From assembly GCA_002009975.1 (NCBI GenBank), contig MTLP01000036.1:1-64000 (forward strand): a DNA stretch of 64,000 bases. Direction: 5' to 3'. The translations under genes and the position numbers were made by a program. Shown one piece after another: positions 51,786 to 61,021 of the stretch (position 1 is its first letter; each line of letters starts with the position of its first letter). The notes beneath the pieces were generated by a model, which did no database searches, had not been told where the DNA came from, and saw only the letters and a list, made by a program, of their open reading frames with translations. Source of the DNA: Thermococcus sp. JdFR-02. Its GTDB lineage: Archaea > Methanobacteriota_B > Thermococci > Thermococcales > Thermococcaceae.

Positions 51786-52499
51786 TTAACCCTTGAGGTC
51801 AACTACCTCAAACGAGTCGTATGCTAAATCTATAATCAAAAGTTTGTTGGTTAAGAGTTCTCCACACTTAACTATGAGCTTAACTACCTCTGCTGCTTCA
51901 ATTGTTCCAATAATACCCGCTATTGGTGCAAAAATTGGAGATTTTTCTCTTTTCCCCCTAGGAGGGTTTGGAAATATATCCCTTAAGCTTTCTGTTTTTC
52001 CTGGAACTATTGTCGTAACCTGACCGTAAAAGCCACTAATAGCTGCATGAACCAGAGGAATATTTTTTACCGTTGTATATTCGTCTAGAATGTAGCGAGT
52101 TTCAAAATTATCTACACAATCAACCACAACATCCACATCTTTCAAAACATCGTTGATATTCTCTCTTGTGAGCTTTCCAACGAAAATTTCAATCTTTATG
52201 TTGGAATTAAACTTCTCAAGCTTCCATTTAGCTGAAATTGCCTTTGGGTTCTTGTCTAAATCTTCTTCCCAGTGGAGGATCTGCCTATCCAAATTATTTA
52301 GCTCTGGTTTTTCCTCATCTATCAGCAAAAGTTTTCCTATACCTGCAGCAGCCAAATAGTAAGCTACTGGAGAGCCTAGTCCTCCAATCCCTACCACTGC
52401 TACTTTAGAATTTTTAAGTTTTTCTTGTCCTTTTGTGCCGATTATTTCAATTTCTCTGCTGTATCTCTTCAATTCTTCTGCGCTTAACACTCCAATCAC
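51786..52499 (-). CDS. ThiF/MoeB (E1-like) adenylyltransferase
   Basis: RYSRE, GIGGLG, NLDRQILH and DCVDNFETR motifs. Confidence 0.9.
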   Translation of the reverse strand: MIGVLSAEELKRYSREIEIIGTKGQEKLKNSKVAVVGIGGLGSPVAYYLAAAGIGKLLLIDEEKPELNNLDRQILHWEEDLDKNPKAISAKWKLEKFNSNIKIEIFVGKLTRENINDVLKDVDVVVDCVDNFETRYILDEYTTVKNIPLVHAAISGFYGQVTTIVPGKTESLRDIFPNPPRGKREKSPIFAPIAGIIGTIEAAEVVKLIVKCGELLTNKLLIIDLAYDSFEVVDLKG

Positions 52500-52796
52500 C
52501 TCGAGAGTAAAAGTAATATGATTATATCCGTCAAAGTTTTGATCTTATGAAGAGTCATGTCTTAGAAACCAAGAAGCAAAAAAAGCCGTAGAACCCAAAT
52601 TGGCGCAATAAACGGAGAAACTCTCCATGACTTTCAAAAATTTTTCGAAACTATTTTTCACCCAATGTATATATTTTAAGCGAATTTTAGTCTATGAAGA
52701 AATTAGCTCCACTTGTATATAAGTGTTTATATGAAAAAAGCAAATAAAATTCTTGTAAGCAGAAAATTGCCACCATGGCTGTGAGATAATCCCTGC

Positions 52797-53858
52797 TTAC
52801 TTCTCTAGTCTCCCGTATCTCTTCATTATTTCAACGAGCTTATCATGTGGCAAAGCATATCTTATGTGTCTCTCTCTTCCTTTCACGGTCTTTGCCTGTA
52901 GGAGCGAATTTATTACAGCTTCCTCAACCGCTTCAGCTGTTGCTTTAAAAACTCTGCTCAGTCTTGCATCGTGCAAAGCTTCAATTCTTAGAGGCTCTTT
53001 TTGATAGTGAGGAATTTTTTGAGCTGTTGAAAAAGCTAAAACTATATCCCCACTTCCGTTGTATGCGTAACCTCCAGTCCTTGCTAAACCTACAATTGCT
53101 CTCTTTGCTAATCTATATAGCTGCCTTGATGTTAAAGGCAAATCTGTTGCCACAATCATTATTATGCTCCCTTTTCCGCTCTTTCCTCTTCCAGGATAGT
53201 CTTTAAGTTCCAATCCAACTGGAACACCAGCAATCGTTAAATCTTCTCTCTTGCCAAAGTTACTCAAAACTAAAGCTCCAATGGTGTATTTCTTCCCATC
53301 AATCTCAACTATCCTAGAAGAAGAACCAATCCCACCTTTAAACTCAAAAGCACTCATTCCAGTTCCAGCTCCAACTGCACCTTCCTCAAAATCTTCGCTT
53401 GCATTTTTTAATGCTTCAAAGATGTGTTCTTTTTTAACATGCTTTCCTCTAATGTCATTAAGATAACTGTCGTTGCACTCTAAGACAAGAGGATTCACGC
53501 TCATAACATCCTTATTTTGCTCGAGCATATAATCTGTTAGAGCATCGGCAGCTGTATAAACGCTCAAAGTGTTTGTTAGTATTATTGGGCTTTCAATAAC
53601 TCCAAGCTCTTTCACTTGAGTTAAGCCGATTGGCTTTGCATAACCGTTCATGACAAAAGCATTAGCTAGGAGCTTTTCTTTGTAAATGTTTCCTTCATGA
53701 GGGATTATTGCAGTAACTCCAGTTCTTACAGCCTCGCCTTTAATTAAAGTCACGTTGCCAACTTTAACTCCCTTAACATCTGTTATCGAGTTCCTCCTAC
53801 CATGTTCAAAAACTCCAATTTTGATCCCTAAATCTGGGGCTTTCATGAGAGACACCAA
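52797..53858 (-). CDS. DmpA/S58 family aminopeptidase
   Basis: NSITDVKGVKVG, ECNDSYL, GAVGAGTG, G|SII cleavage site and NGSGD motifs. Confidence 0.9.
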   Translation of the reverse strand: MVSLMKAPDLGIKIGVFEHGRRNSITDVKGVKVGNVTLIKGEAVRTGVTAIIPHEGNIYKEKLLANAFVMNGYAKPIGLTQVKELGVIESPIILTNTLSVYTAADALTDYMLEQNKDVMSVNPLVLECNDSYLNDIRGKHVKKEHIFEALKNASEDFEEGAVGAGTGMSAFEFKGGIGSSSRIVEIDGKKYTIGALVLSNFGKREDLTIAGVPVGLELKDYPGRGKSGKGSIIMIVATDLPLTSRQLYRLAKRAIVGLARTGGYAYNGSGDIVLAFSTAQKIPHYQKEPLRIEALHDARLSRVFKATAEAVEEAVINSLLQAKTVKGRERHIRYALPHDKLVEIMKRYGRLEK

Positions 53859-53925
53859 ATAATAGAAAGTTTACTGGCAATAAAAATACTTCCATAATGG
53901 CTAAATACTCCAATACCAATTCTCT

Positions 53926-54471
53926 TTGGTGATTAAAATGAGCGAAAGTTGGAAGAAAAAGCTCGGGTTAATTCACATTTACACTGGAAATGGGAAAGGA
54001 AAGACAACAGCAGCGTTTGGATTGGCTTTAAGAGCCTTAGGGAGTGGGGCAAAAGTCATAATTATTCAATTTATGAAGTCACCAAAAGTTTACGGAGAGC
54101 AGATAATGGCAGAAAGAATTGGGATTAAAATCGAATCCTATGGCTTGCCAAAGTTTGTTCATAGAAAGCCAGAAAAAGACGACATTGAAGCTGCTAAAAA
54201 AGCCTTAAAAAGAGCTAAAGAAGTTATCCAAAGTGGAGAATGGGATTTAGTAATTTTAGACGAGATCTGTGTCGCTTTAGGCTTTAAAATGCTCGAAGTT
54301 GAAGAGGTAAAAGAGTTAATTAAAAGTAAAGCATCAAACACAGAGCTTATTTTAACGGGTCGCTACTGTCCAGAAGAGCTTTTTGAGTTAGCAGATTATG
54401 TCACGGAGATGAGGGAAATAAAGCATCCCTACCAAAAGGGGATAATAGCAAGGAAGGGAATCGAATATTAA
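53926..54471 (+). CDS. cobO: Cob(I)yrinic acid a,c-diamide adenosyltransferase (CobA/CobO/BtuR)
   Basis: YTGNGKGKTTAA, LDEI, LTGR and KHPY..G..ARKGIEY motifs. Confidence 0.92.
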   Translation: MVIKMSESWKKKLGLIHIYTGNGKGKTTAAFGLALRALGSGAKVIIIQFMKSPKVYGEQIMAERIGIKIESYGLPKFVHRKPEKDDIEAAKKALKRAKEVIQSGEWDLVILDEICVALGFKMLEVEEVKELIKSKASNTELILTGRYCPEELFELADYVTEMREIKHPYQKGIIARKGIEY

Positions 54472-54586
54472 CTTCCTTGTCTAGGCTTATAATGAGAAAT
54501 AAAATATCTCAAACCGAAAGATTTTTAGCTGTGAGAATGCAATATAGATTGGCACAGATTTTAGTAACTAATTCTTATTAAAGGAG

Positions 54587-54853
54587 GTGATAATGATGAA
54601 CACTGAGGGGAGGATACAACAAATAGTTCAGGTTCTTAAGGAACAAGTTGTCCAAGATACCGTTGTTCCAAGAAATATTAGAAGAGCAGCTGAAGAAGCT
54701 ATAGAAAGGCTATTAGATACAAGTGTTGAGCCCGTGGTTAGGGCTGCTGACGCAATTGCAATATTGGAAGAAATAAGTGAAGATCCAAACATGCCCCTCC
54801 ACACAAGAACAATCATTTGGGAAGTTCTTGGGGCTTTAGAGCAAATTCAATGA
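54587..54853 (+). CDS. UPF0147 family protein
   Basis: DTVVPRNIRRAA...DPNMPLHTRT motif. Confidence 0.9.
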   Translation: MIMMNTEGRIQQIVQVLKEQVVQDTVVPRNIRRAAEEAIERLLDTSVEPVVRAADAIAILEEISEDPNMPLHTRTIIWEVLGALEQIQ

Positions 54854-54861
54854 GCTTTTCT

Positions 54862-55425
54862 TTATTTCAGCTTTTGTTTGAGATACCAAATTTTCGCGCT
54901 CTCTTCTACCAGTTCTGCTTTATAATAAGCTTCTCTAAGCGACTTTCCAACTGTAACTATGCCGTGTCTTTCTAAAATTACAGCATCATGCTTTTTCATA
55001 TATTTTGCAACCTCTTTTGCCAATTCCTCACTCCCCGCAGGCTTAAAAGGAATTATGGGAATTTTTTTGAGGTAAATCTCAGCTTCTGGTGTAATTATTG
55101 GAAGATCCTCTTTTAGAAGTATAGATGCTGTAATTGAATAGGGTGGATGGAGATGGGCAATAGCTTTTACATCTGCCCGTTCTTTGTAGGTAAACAAGTG
55201 CAATCTCCATTCAGAAGAAGGTCTAACTTCGCTCAATTGTCTTCCCTCTAAATCAATAACTGAAACTTGTTCCAAGTTCAAATCATCCATAATAGAGCCG
55301 GTAGCTTTTATGAAAATTTTATTTCCAAACTTTATGCTTAAATTACCTCCAAAAGCTGCTGTTAATCCCCTTTCATGTGCTAAATGTGAATATTTAACGA
55401 GGAGAGATTTAATTAATCGGCTCAT
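54862..55425 (-). CDS. Class II aldolase/adducin family protein (FucA-like)
   Basis: GGNLS, PSSEWRLH, HLHP and LERHG motifs. Confidence 0.9.
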   Translation of the reverse strand: MSRLIKSLLVKYSHLAHERGLTAAFGGNLSIKFGNKIFIKATGSIMDDLNLEQVSVIDLEGRQLSEVRPSSEWRLHLFTYKERADVKAIAHLHPPYSITASILLKEDLPIITPEAEIYLKKIPIIPFKPAGSEELAKEVAKYMKKHDAVILERHGIVTVGKSLREAYYKAELVEESAKIWYLKQKLK

Positions 55426-56024
55426 TCTTTATCCTCCTTAACCTTAATCCCAAATCCACAAGAGCCACAGTAAGCAAAGTCTTCTTTCCAAGCTAAATCA
55501 TCCGCACCACAGATTGGGCAAACGTTAAGCTTTCCGCTTTCCTTCCATCTTCTACAATTTTCCCTATCAATAACTAAAACAACGCCTTCTTTCTCTTCTT
55601 CAAAATGACCAAGCACGGGATAGCTTTTCAGCTCAAAACTTTTGTCATCAATTATAATGGGCTCTAAACCAATATTTCCCTCAAACTCAAATTCATTTGC
55701 TGGAACAATCTCAACGACAAATGATTCAATCTTCTTGTCATGATAGGTTAAGATCTCCAGAGCATCACTCAACTCCCCGCTTGAGGATATAATATCAATT
55801 ATCAAGTGCTCCCTCTTTGGAAAAGTTAGGGTTATGACGAAATTCCCTCTGTGAATTGCCAATCCTCTATCTAAGCAAATTTCTTCAAAGTATAGTCCTT
55901 TCAAGAACTCCCTAACTTCATCCCCGCTTGGAAGCTTCTTATTCCTAACGATAAACTCCCCAATCCATTTAGCCAAAGGAATTGCAAGCATCAAAGGTTC
56001 ATATATTATCATCGAAATCACCAT
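55422..56024 (-). CDS. Hypothetical protein with C-terminal Zn ribbon
   Basis: CPICG...CGSCG; overlaps the aldolase start. Confidence 0.75.
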   Translation of the reverse strand: MVISMIIYEPLMLAIPLAKWIGEFIVRNKKLPSGDEVREFLKGLYFEEICLDRGLAIHRGNFVITLTFPKREHLIIDIISSSGELSDALEILTYHDKKIESFVVEIVPANEFEFEGNIGLEPIIIDDKSFELKSYPVLGHFEEEKEGVVLVIDRENCRRWKESGKLNVCPICGADDLAWKEDFAYCGSCGFGIKVKEDKE

Positions 56025-56141
56025 TTAATCTTGAGACTAGGAGTTTTTAAAGTGTATGGATACAGCAACAGAAAAAAGCTTGAGATTTCAGGTTCTTCAA
56101 TTCAAAAGTATATGCAACGTATGGCTTCTTTTTACTACAAG

Positions 56142-56218
56142 GAGCCGATGTAGAAAGAAAGAGGAGTTAGGAAACAGAATTCCTTTAAGGGAGAAGTAAG
56201 AATCCTTCCTCTCCTGCC
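56142..56218. repeat. Dispersed structured element, copy 2
   Basis: GAGCCGATGTAGAAAGAAA ... CCTCTCCTGCC ends shared with 44670-44771. Confidence 0.65.
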
Positions 56219-56239
56219 ACCAAAAAACACTTAAATTCT

Positions 56240-56253
56240 TTAGGCTAAACTAA
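56240..56253. promoter_or_regulatory. DtxR-box-like operator upstream of dtxR
   Basis: TTAGG-CTAA-ACTAA after TATA CTTAAA. Confidence 0.5.
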
Positions 56254-56255
56254 TT

Positions 56256-56738
56256 TTGGTGGGTTCGGTGGAAATTAGCAAAAGAGAGGAAGAATATTTG
56301 GAGGCAATGTACATACTTCACAAAAACAAGGGAATCATTAGGGTCAAGGACATTGCAAGAAGACTAAAAGTAAAGCCGCCAAGTGTGGTAGATGCTTTAA
56401 AAAAACTGAGTGAAAAGGGGTTGATTCAATACGAAAAGTACGACAGGATTTTGTTAACTGATGAAGGGAAGGAAATAGCGGAAAAGGTTTACTCAAAGCA
56501 TAAGCTCTTAATGAACTTTTTTATAGAAATTTTGGGAATTCCTCCTGACATAGCAGAAGAAGACGCTTGCCAATTTGAGCACCACATACACGATATAACT
56601 GCTCAAAGAATGAGGGAGTTTGCAAAATATATCCAAGAGCAATGTCCCTATGTTATAAAGCAGTTCATAAAAGAACATATAGAAAAGAGAAAATCAGAGG
56701 ACTCCTCCAAGATAGAGGAAGTAGGCAACGAACACTAA
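56256..56738 (+). CDS. DtxR/MntR family metal-dependent repressor
   Basis: EEYLEAMY, VKPPSV, LTDEG and EDACQFEHH motifs. Confidence 0.92.
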   Translation: MVGSVEISKREEEYLEAMYILHKNKGIIRVKDIARRLKVKPPSVVDALKKLSEKGLIQYEKYDRILLTDEGKEIAEKVYSKHKLLMNFFIEILGIPPDIAEEDACQFEHHIHDITAQRMREFAKYIQEQCPYVIKQFIKEHIEKRKSEDSSKIEEVGNEH

Positions 56739-58022
56739 AGCCAGCACATAAAGCAATGGATGCACTTCTTTTCCTCTTCCACTTAAAGCCTTAATTATTG
56801 CATAGCTTATGAATCCCATTCCAATACCGTCGGCTATTGAATAGGTGAATGGTATTGTTACCAAAACCAAGAAAGCTGGAATTGCTTCTGTTGGATCATC
56901 AAAGTCTACTCCTCTAATAGCACTTAGCATGTAGTAACCTACTATTATTAAAGCTGGTGCTGTTGCGTAAGCTGGAATTATAGCTGCTATTGGTGAAACT
57001 AGAAGACCAATTACTAAGAAAAGCAAACCTGTAACTAAAGCCGTCATTCCTGTTCTTCCACCTTCTTCAATTCCAGCAGCACTCTCGATGTAGGTTGTAA
57101 CCGTTGAAGTTCCAAACATTGCACCCATTGTTGTTCCAACAGCATCGGTAAGCAAGATTTTCTCTGCATCTGGTATTTTTCCATCCTTTGTCAAAAAGCC
57201 AGCTTTTGCACTCAATCCAGTTATTGTTCCTAAAGTATCGAAGAAATCAACCATAAAGAAGGCAAACACAACACCAATTGCTCCAACGTTGAAGAGCCCC
57301 TTTAAATCCATCTTTAAGAATGTGTAACTCAGGGTTGGGAGTGCAAAGATTTTCTCTGGTGCTGGTGTAACTCCTAATACAATCCCAATTATTGTGGTTG
57401 TGAGGATTGAAATTAGCAAAGCACCCTTTATTCTCCTAGATATTAGGATTCCAGCGAAGAAAAGTCCAAATAGTGCTAACCAAAGCTCGGGTGTTTTGAA
57501 GTTTTCGACACCTAGGGTTATTAGGGTTGCTGGATGATCAACGACAATTCCAGCTTCTTCCATACCAATGATGGTTAGGAATAAACCAATTCCAGCACCG
57601 ATTGCATACTTTTGAGAAAGAGGTATTGCATGAATTATTGCACTTCTGACCTTTGTTAGAGAAAGCACTATGAAAATTATACCCTCAACAAAGACTGCCG
57701 CTAACGCAACTTGCCAGCTATAACCCATTCCTAAAACAACACCGTAAGTAAAGTAAGCGTTTAAACCCATTCCTGGCGCTAAGGCAAAGGGCTTTTTCGC
57801 ATACAAAGCCATCATTATCGTTGCTAGTCCAGCGGATAAAGCCGTTGCAGTGACTAAAGATGGAACAGCTTCTTTTCCAATTGCATCACTTAAAATCGCT
57901 GGGTTTACAAAAAGAATATATGCCATTGTCATGAAAGTTGTAATACCTGCCAAGACCTCTGTTCTCATGTCCGTGCGATGCTCATCAAATTTAAAATATT
58001 CTGAAAACCAGCTCATTTTCAC
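56694..58022 (-). CDS. NCS2/AzgA family nucleobase permease
   Basis: TEVLAGITTF, APGMGLNAYF and TYIESAAG motifs. Confidence 0.92.
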   Translation of the reverse strand: MKMSWFSEYFKFDEHRTDMRTEVLAGITTFMTMAYILFVNPAILSDAIGKEAVPSLVTATALSAGLATIMMALYAKKPFALAPGMGLNAYFTYGVVLGMGYSWQVALAAVFVEGIIFIVLSLTKVRSAIIHAIPLSQKYAIGAGIGLFLTIIGMEEAGIVVDHPATLITLGVENFKTPELWLALFGLFFAGILISRRIKGALLISILTTTIIGIVLGVTPAPEKIFALPTLSYTFLKMDLKGLFNVGAIGVVFAFFMVDFFDTLGTITGLSAKAGFLTKDGKIPDAEKILLTDAVGTTMGAMFGTSTVTTYIESAAGIEEGGRTGMTALVTGLLFLVIGLLVSPIAAIIPAYATAPALIIVGYYMLSAIRGVDFDDPTEAIPAFLVLVTIPFTYSIADGIGMGFISYAIIKALSGRGKEVHPLLYVLALVFVAYFLYLGGVL

Positions 58023-58097
58023 ACCTCCTTAATTGACTTAAACTTGTTTAAAATTGAGAAATATTTAAGCTTTTTCAACAAATTTTTGTTAATAAAC

Positions 58098-59117
58098 TCA
58101 TTTAAGAACAGTGATGTCCTTTGGAAGAATCTCTATTTTAATGACATCTGGCATGGCATGAACCTCAAAAGGAAGCTCATTTAAGAAGCGTTCTGCAATA
58201 ATCTCCTGCCCACTAATTTCCAATTTAAGCCTAATTCTCCCCGGAAGGAGTTCATACCCAATAACCTTTGCTGGTATGCCCTCTTTAGATATTAAAACAC
58301 TTTCAGGTCTGAAGAATATCTTAGCCTTTCCCTCTCTGGTCGTTTCAACTTTAAGGAAGTAATCATCAACAAAGGCTTTCTTGCCTTTAATCTCAACCTC
58401 AAGAATATTTGAGAGACCCAAAAACTTAGCAACAAATTCTGTCTTTGGCTTGTAGTAGAGCTCCAAAGGTTCTCCTACTTGCTCAATTCTACCAATGCTC
58501 ATTACAGCGATTCTATCGCTTATTGCCATTGCTTCCTCTTGATCATGGGTAACGTAAATGGTCGTTATTTTAAGTTCTCTCTGAATCCTCTTTATTTCCC
58601 CTCTAAGCCTTTCCCTAATTTTTGCATCCAAGTTTGAGAGGGGCTCGTCTAAAAGGAGAAGCTCAGGTTCAATTACCAAAGCTCTCGCCAATGCAACCCT
58701 TTGCTGTTGCCCACCACTAAGCTGCTCTGGATAGCGATTCTCAAAACCACTCAACCCTACAAGTTCCAATGCCCATTTCACCTTTCTCTTTATCTCTTCC
58801 TTAGAAAACCCTCTCATCTCAAGACCAAAGGAGATGTTTTTAAACACCGTCATGTGAGGAAATAAAGCATAGTCTTGAAAGACAATCCCAACATTCCTCT
58901 CATAAGGAGGGATTTCATTCACAACTTTATCATTAAATATAACCTCCCCCTTATCAGGCTTTTCAAATCCAGCAATTATCCTTAAGGTGCTTGTTTTTCC
59001 GCAGCCGCTTGGCCCTAAGAGAGTTAAGAATTCGCCTTCTTTAACCTCTAATCTATTAATCTCTAATTTAAAATCCCCCTGAATCCAGAGAATATTCCTC
59101 AGCTCAACCTTCACCAT
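58098..59117 (-). CDS. ABC transporter ATP-binding protein (thiamine/Fe3+/polyamine class)
   Basis: GPSGCGKT, FQDYALFPHM and LSGGQQQR motifs. Confidence 0.9.
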   Translation of the reverse strand: MVKVELRNILWIQGDFKLEINRLEVKEGEFLTLLGPSGCGKTSTLRIIAGFEKPDKGEVIFNDKVVNEIPPYERNVGIVFQDYALFPHMTVFKNISFGLEMRGFSKEEIKRKVKWALELVGLSGFENRYPEQLSGGQQQRVALARALVIEPELLLLDEPLSNLDAKIRERLRGEIKRIQRELKITTIYVTHDQEEAMAISDRIAVMSIGRIEQVGEPLELYYKPKTEFVAKFLGLSNILEVEIKGKKAFVDDYFLKVETTREGKAKIFFRPESVLISKEGIPAKVIGYELLPGRIRLKLEISGQEIIAERFLNELPFEVHAMPDVIKIEILPKDITVLK

Positions 59118-60736
59118 ATCTCCTCACCAATCCTCTCGATTATTATAAAGCTGATAGCACTTATTACCATTAGGATAACCGAAAGAGCAGAGGCACTTCC
59201 CCACTGACGGGCACCTAAAAAGCGGTATATCGCTATCGTTATTGTTGTGTACTCTGGTTGGTAAAGCATGTAAGTTGCCCCCAATTCAGCAATACTCATT
59301 GCAAAAGCGAAGATCGCTCCAACTATAATTCCACCTAAAGCTAAAGGAAGCTCAACCCTTAGAAATGCTTTCCATTCCTTTGCTCCCAAACTTAATGCTG
59401 CTTCCTTTAAATTGGGTCTTATTTTCTTTAAAACTGCTGAAATTGCTCTCAGCACAAAAGGATATGCAATTATAGTGTGAGCAAAGACTATTAGATACCA
59501 AGTTCCCAAAAGCTCTAAAGGCGGTTTGTGGAAAGTCCTTATGTAACCTAAACCTAAAGTTATTGCTGAAGAACCTAGGGGGAGCATTACCAATGTGTCA
59601 AAGATGTTTTTGCCTTTAAACTGCCATCTATGAAGGACATAAGCTACAATTAAAGCTAAAAGCGTTGAAAGAATAATGGTTGTAAATCCAAATAGGAGGG
59701 AGTTTCTAATGGCTATCATAGTGCTTGCACCAAAAATTGGGTTGTATCTTTTGCTGAAGACTCTTCTATACCACTCCAGACTAAAAGTGCCTTGGTAGAT
59801 AAGAGAATCATACAAAACTGCCAAAAGAGGCGAAATTATAAAGATAAAGACTATCAAAGAGTAAAAAATTATTAAAAGTCCCCTAAGACTTAGCAATTCC
59901 TTAAAATCAAGCTTTTTTGGAGTTCTAAATATTCTCTGCTCTTCAGCTTTTGCATACAAATCAAGGCTCTTTATGTAGAAGTACATAAAAATAAAGCTCA
60001 GGGTTATTTGGATTATCGCTAAAGCAGAGCCGACCTTGAAGTTCAAAAGGGTCATTATTGAGGTAAAGATATCAACCTCTATCGTTGCATATTTGTAACC
60101 GCCTAAAATCAGAGGAATTGAGAAGCTTAAAAAGCAGAAGATGAAAGTTAACATTGAAGATGCAAATATGCCCGGCATGAGCATTGGGAGTGTGACTTTT
60201 CTAAAAAGTGTAAATCCCCTGGCACCTAAGCTCATAGCCATCTCTTCATAGTGAGGATTCACGCGTTGCCAAAGGGAAGAAACCATTCTAACAACAACTG
60301 GAAAGTTGTAAAAAGCGTGAGCTAACAAGATGGCTTTCCAATTATAGAGTATCTCCAAATCTCTTCCAATTAGTTGAGTAAAGAAGCCTTGCTTTCCAAA
60401 GAGCAAGATAAAGCCCAAAGCAACCATAATGCTTGGCATGACAAATGGGACCGTTAATATTGCTTTTAAAAATCTCTTTCCTGGAAATTCGTATTTAGCA
60501 AAGATATAAGCCCCTGGAAGACCTAGGATTAGAGTTAAGAGTGTAGAACCCAAAGCTTGCTTTATTGTAAATAGAATTATCCCCCTGTGATAACTGCTAG
60601 AGAGAACTTCTATGAGATATTTTAGGGTAAAACCATTGTCCCAAAGCCCTTCATGGATTATGCTCACCAAAGGGAGGTAGAAAAATAGCGTCAGGAAGAT
60701 TAATGGGAATATAAGGATTATTTTTGCACCTCTCAT
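59111..60736 (-). CDS. ABC permease with two BPD domains (ThiP/FbpB-like)
   Basis: Duplicated EAA motifs EEMAMSLGA and KEAALSLGA; LAHAFYNFP. Confidence 0.88.
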   Translation of the reverse strand: MRGAKIILIFPLIFLTLFFYLPLVSIIHEGLWDNGFTLKYLIEVLSSSYHRGIILFTIKQALGSTLLTLILGLPGAYIFAKYEFPGKRFLKAILTVPFVMPSIMVALGFILLFGKQGFFTQLIGRDLEILYNWKAILLAHAFYNFPVVVRMVSSLWQRVNPHYEEMAMSLGARGFTLFRKVTLPMLMPGIFASSMLTFIFCFLSFSIPLILGGYKYATIEVDIFTSIMTLLNFKVGSALAIIQITLSFIFMYFYIKSLDLYAKAEEQRIFRTPKKLDFKELLSLRGLLIIFYSLIVFIFIISPLLAVLYDSLIYQGTFSLEWYRRVFSKRYNPIFGASTMIAIRNSLLFGFTTIILSTLLALIVAYVLHRWQFKGKNIFDTLVMLPLGSSAITLGLGYIRTFHKPPLELLGTWYLIVFAHTIIAYPFVLRAISAVLKKIRPNLKEAALSLGAKEWKAFLRVELPLALGGIIVGAIFAFAMSIAELGATYMLYQPEYTTITIAIYRFLGARQWGSASALSVILMVISAISFIIIERIGEEIW

Positions 60737-61021
60737 TGCAACCGTTATTATTGGGTTATGTGTTTTTATAAATGCTTAGTTCTGCTTAGAGCCCTAAAAG
60801 TGATGGACGTTTTTGACCCATGATGTACATTCTTTGCTTATATTCCAAATGAATACACATGAAGTAAAGTATATAAACACCTCTCATCAATACACCCCAG
60901 TGATGTATGAGCTTGATTTCACGTATATAAATTTCATCAAAAATGTTTCGGGGGATAGAAATTCAAATTGAATAATGTTTCAAATCCAAGGTGGATTAAA
61001 GAAGATTTGGGGGAATAATCA

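Noticed and set aside
56694-56738. 45-bp overlap of convergent dtxR and NCS2 genes (similar short overlaps at 26600 and 39786)
   Set aside because: Short 3' overlaps are routine in compact Thermococcales genomes
60800-60840. GTGATG...ATGATG C-box-like words
   Set aside because: No properly spaced CTGA D boxes; not supportable as a C/D sRNA
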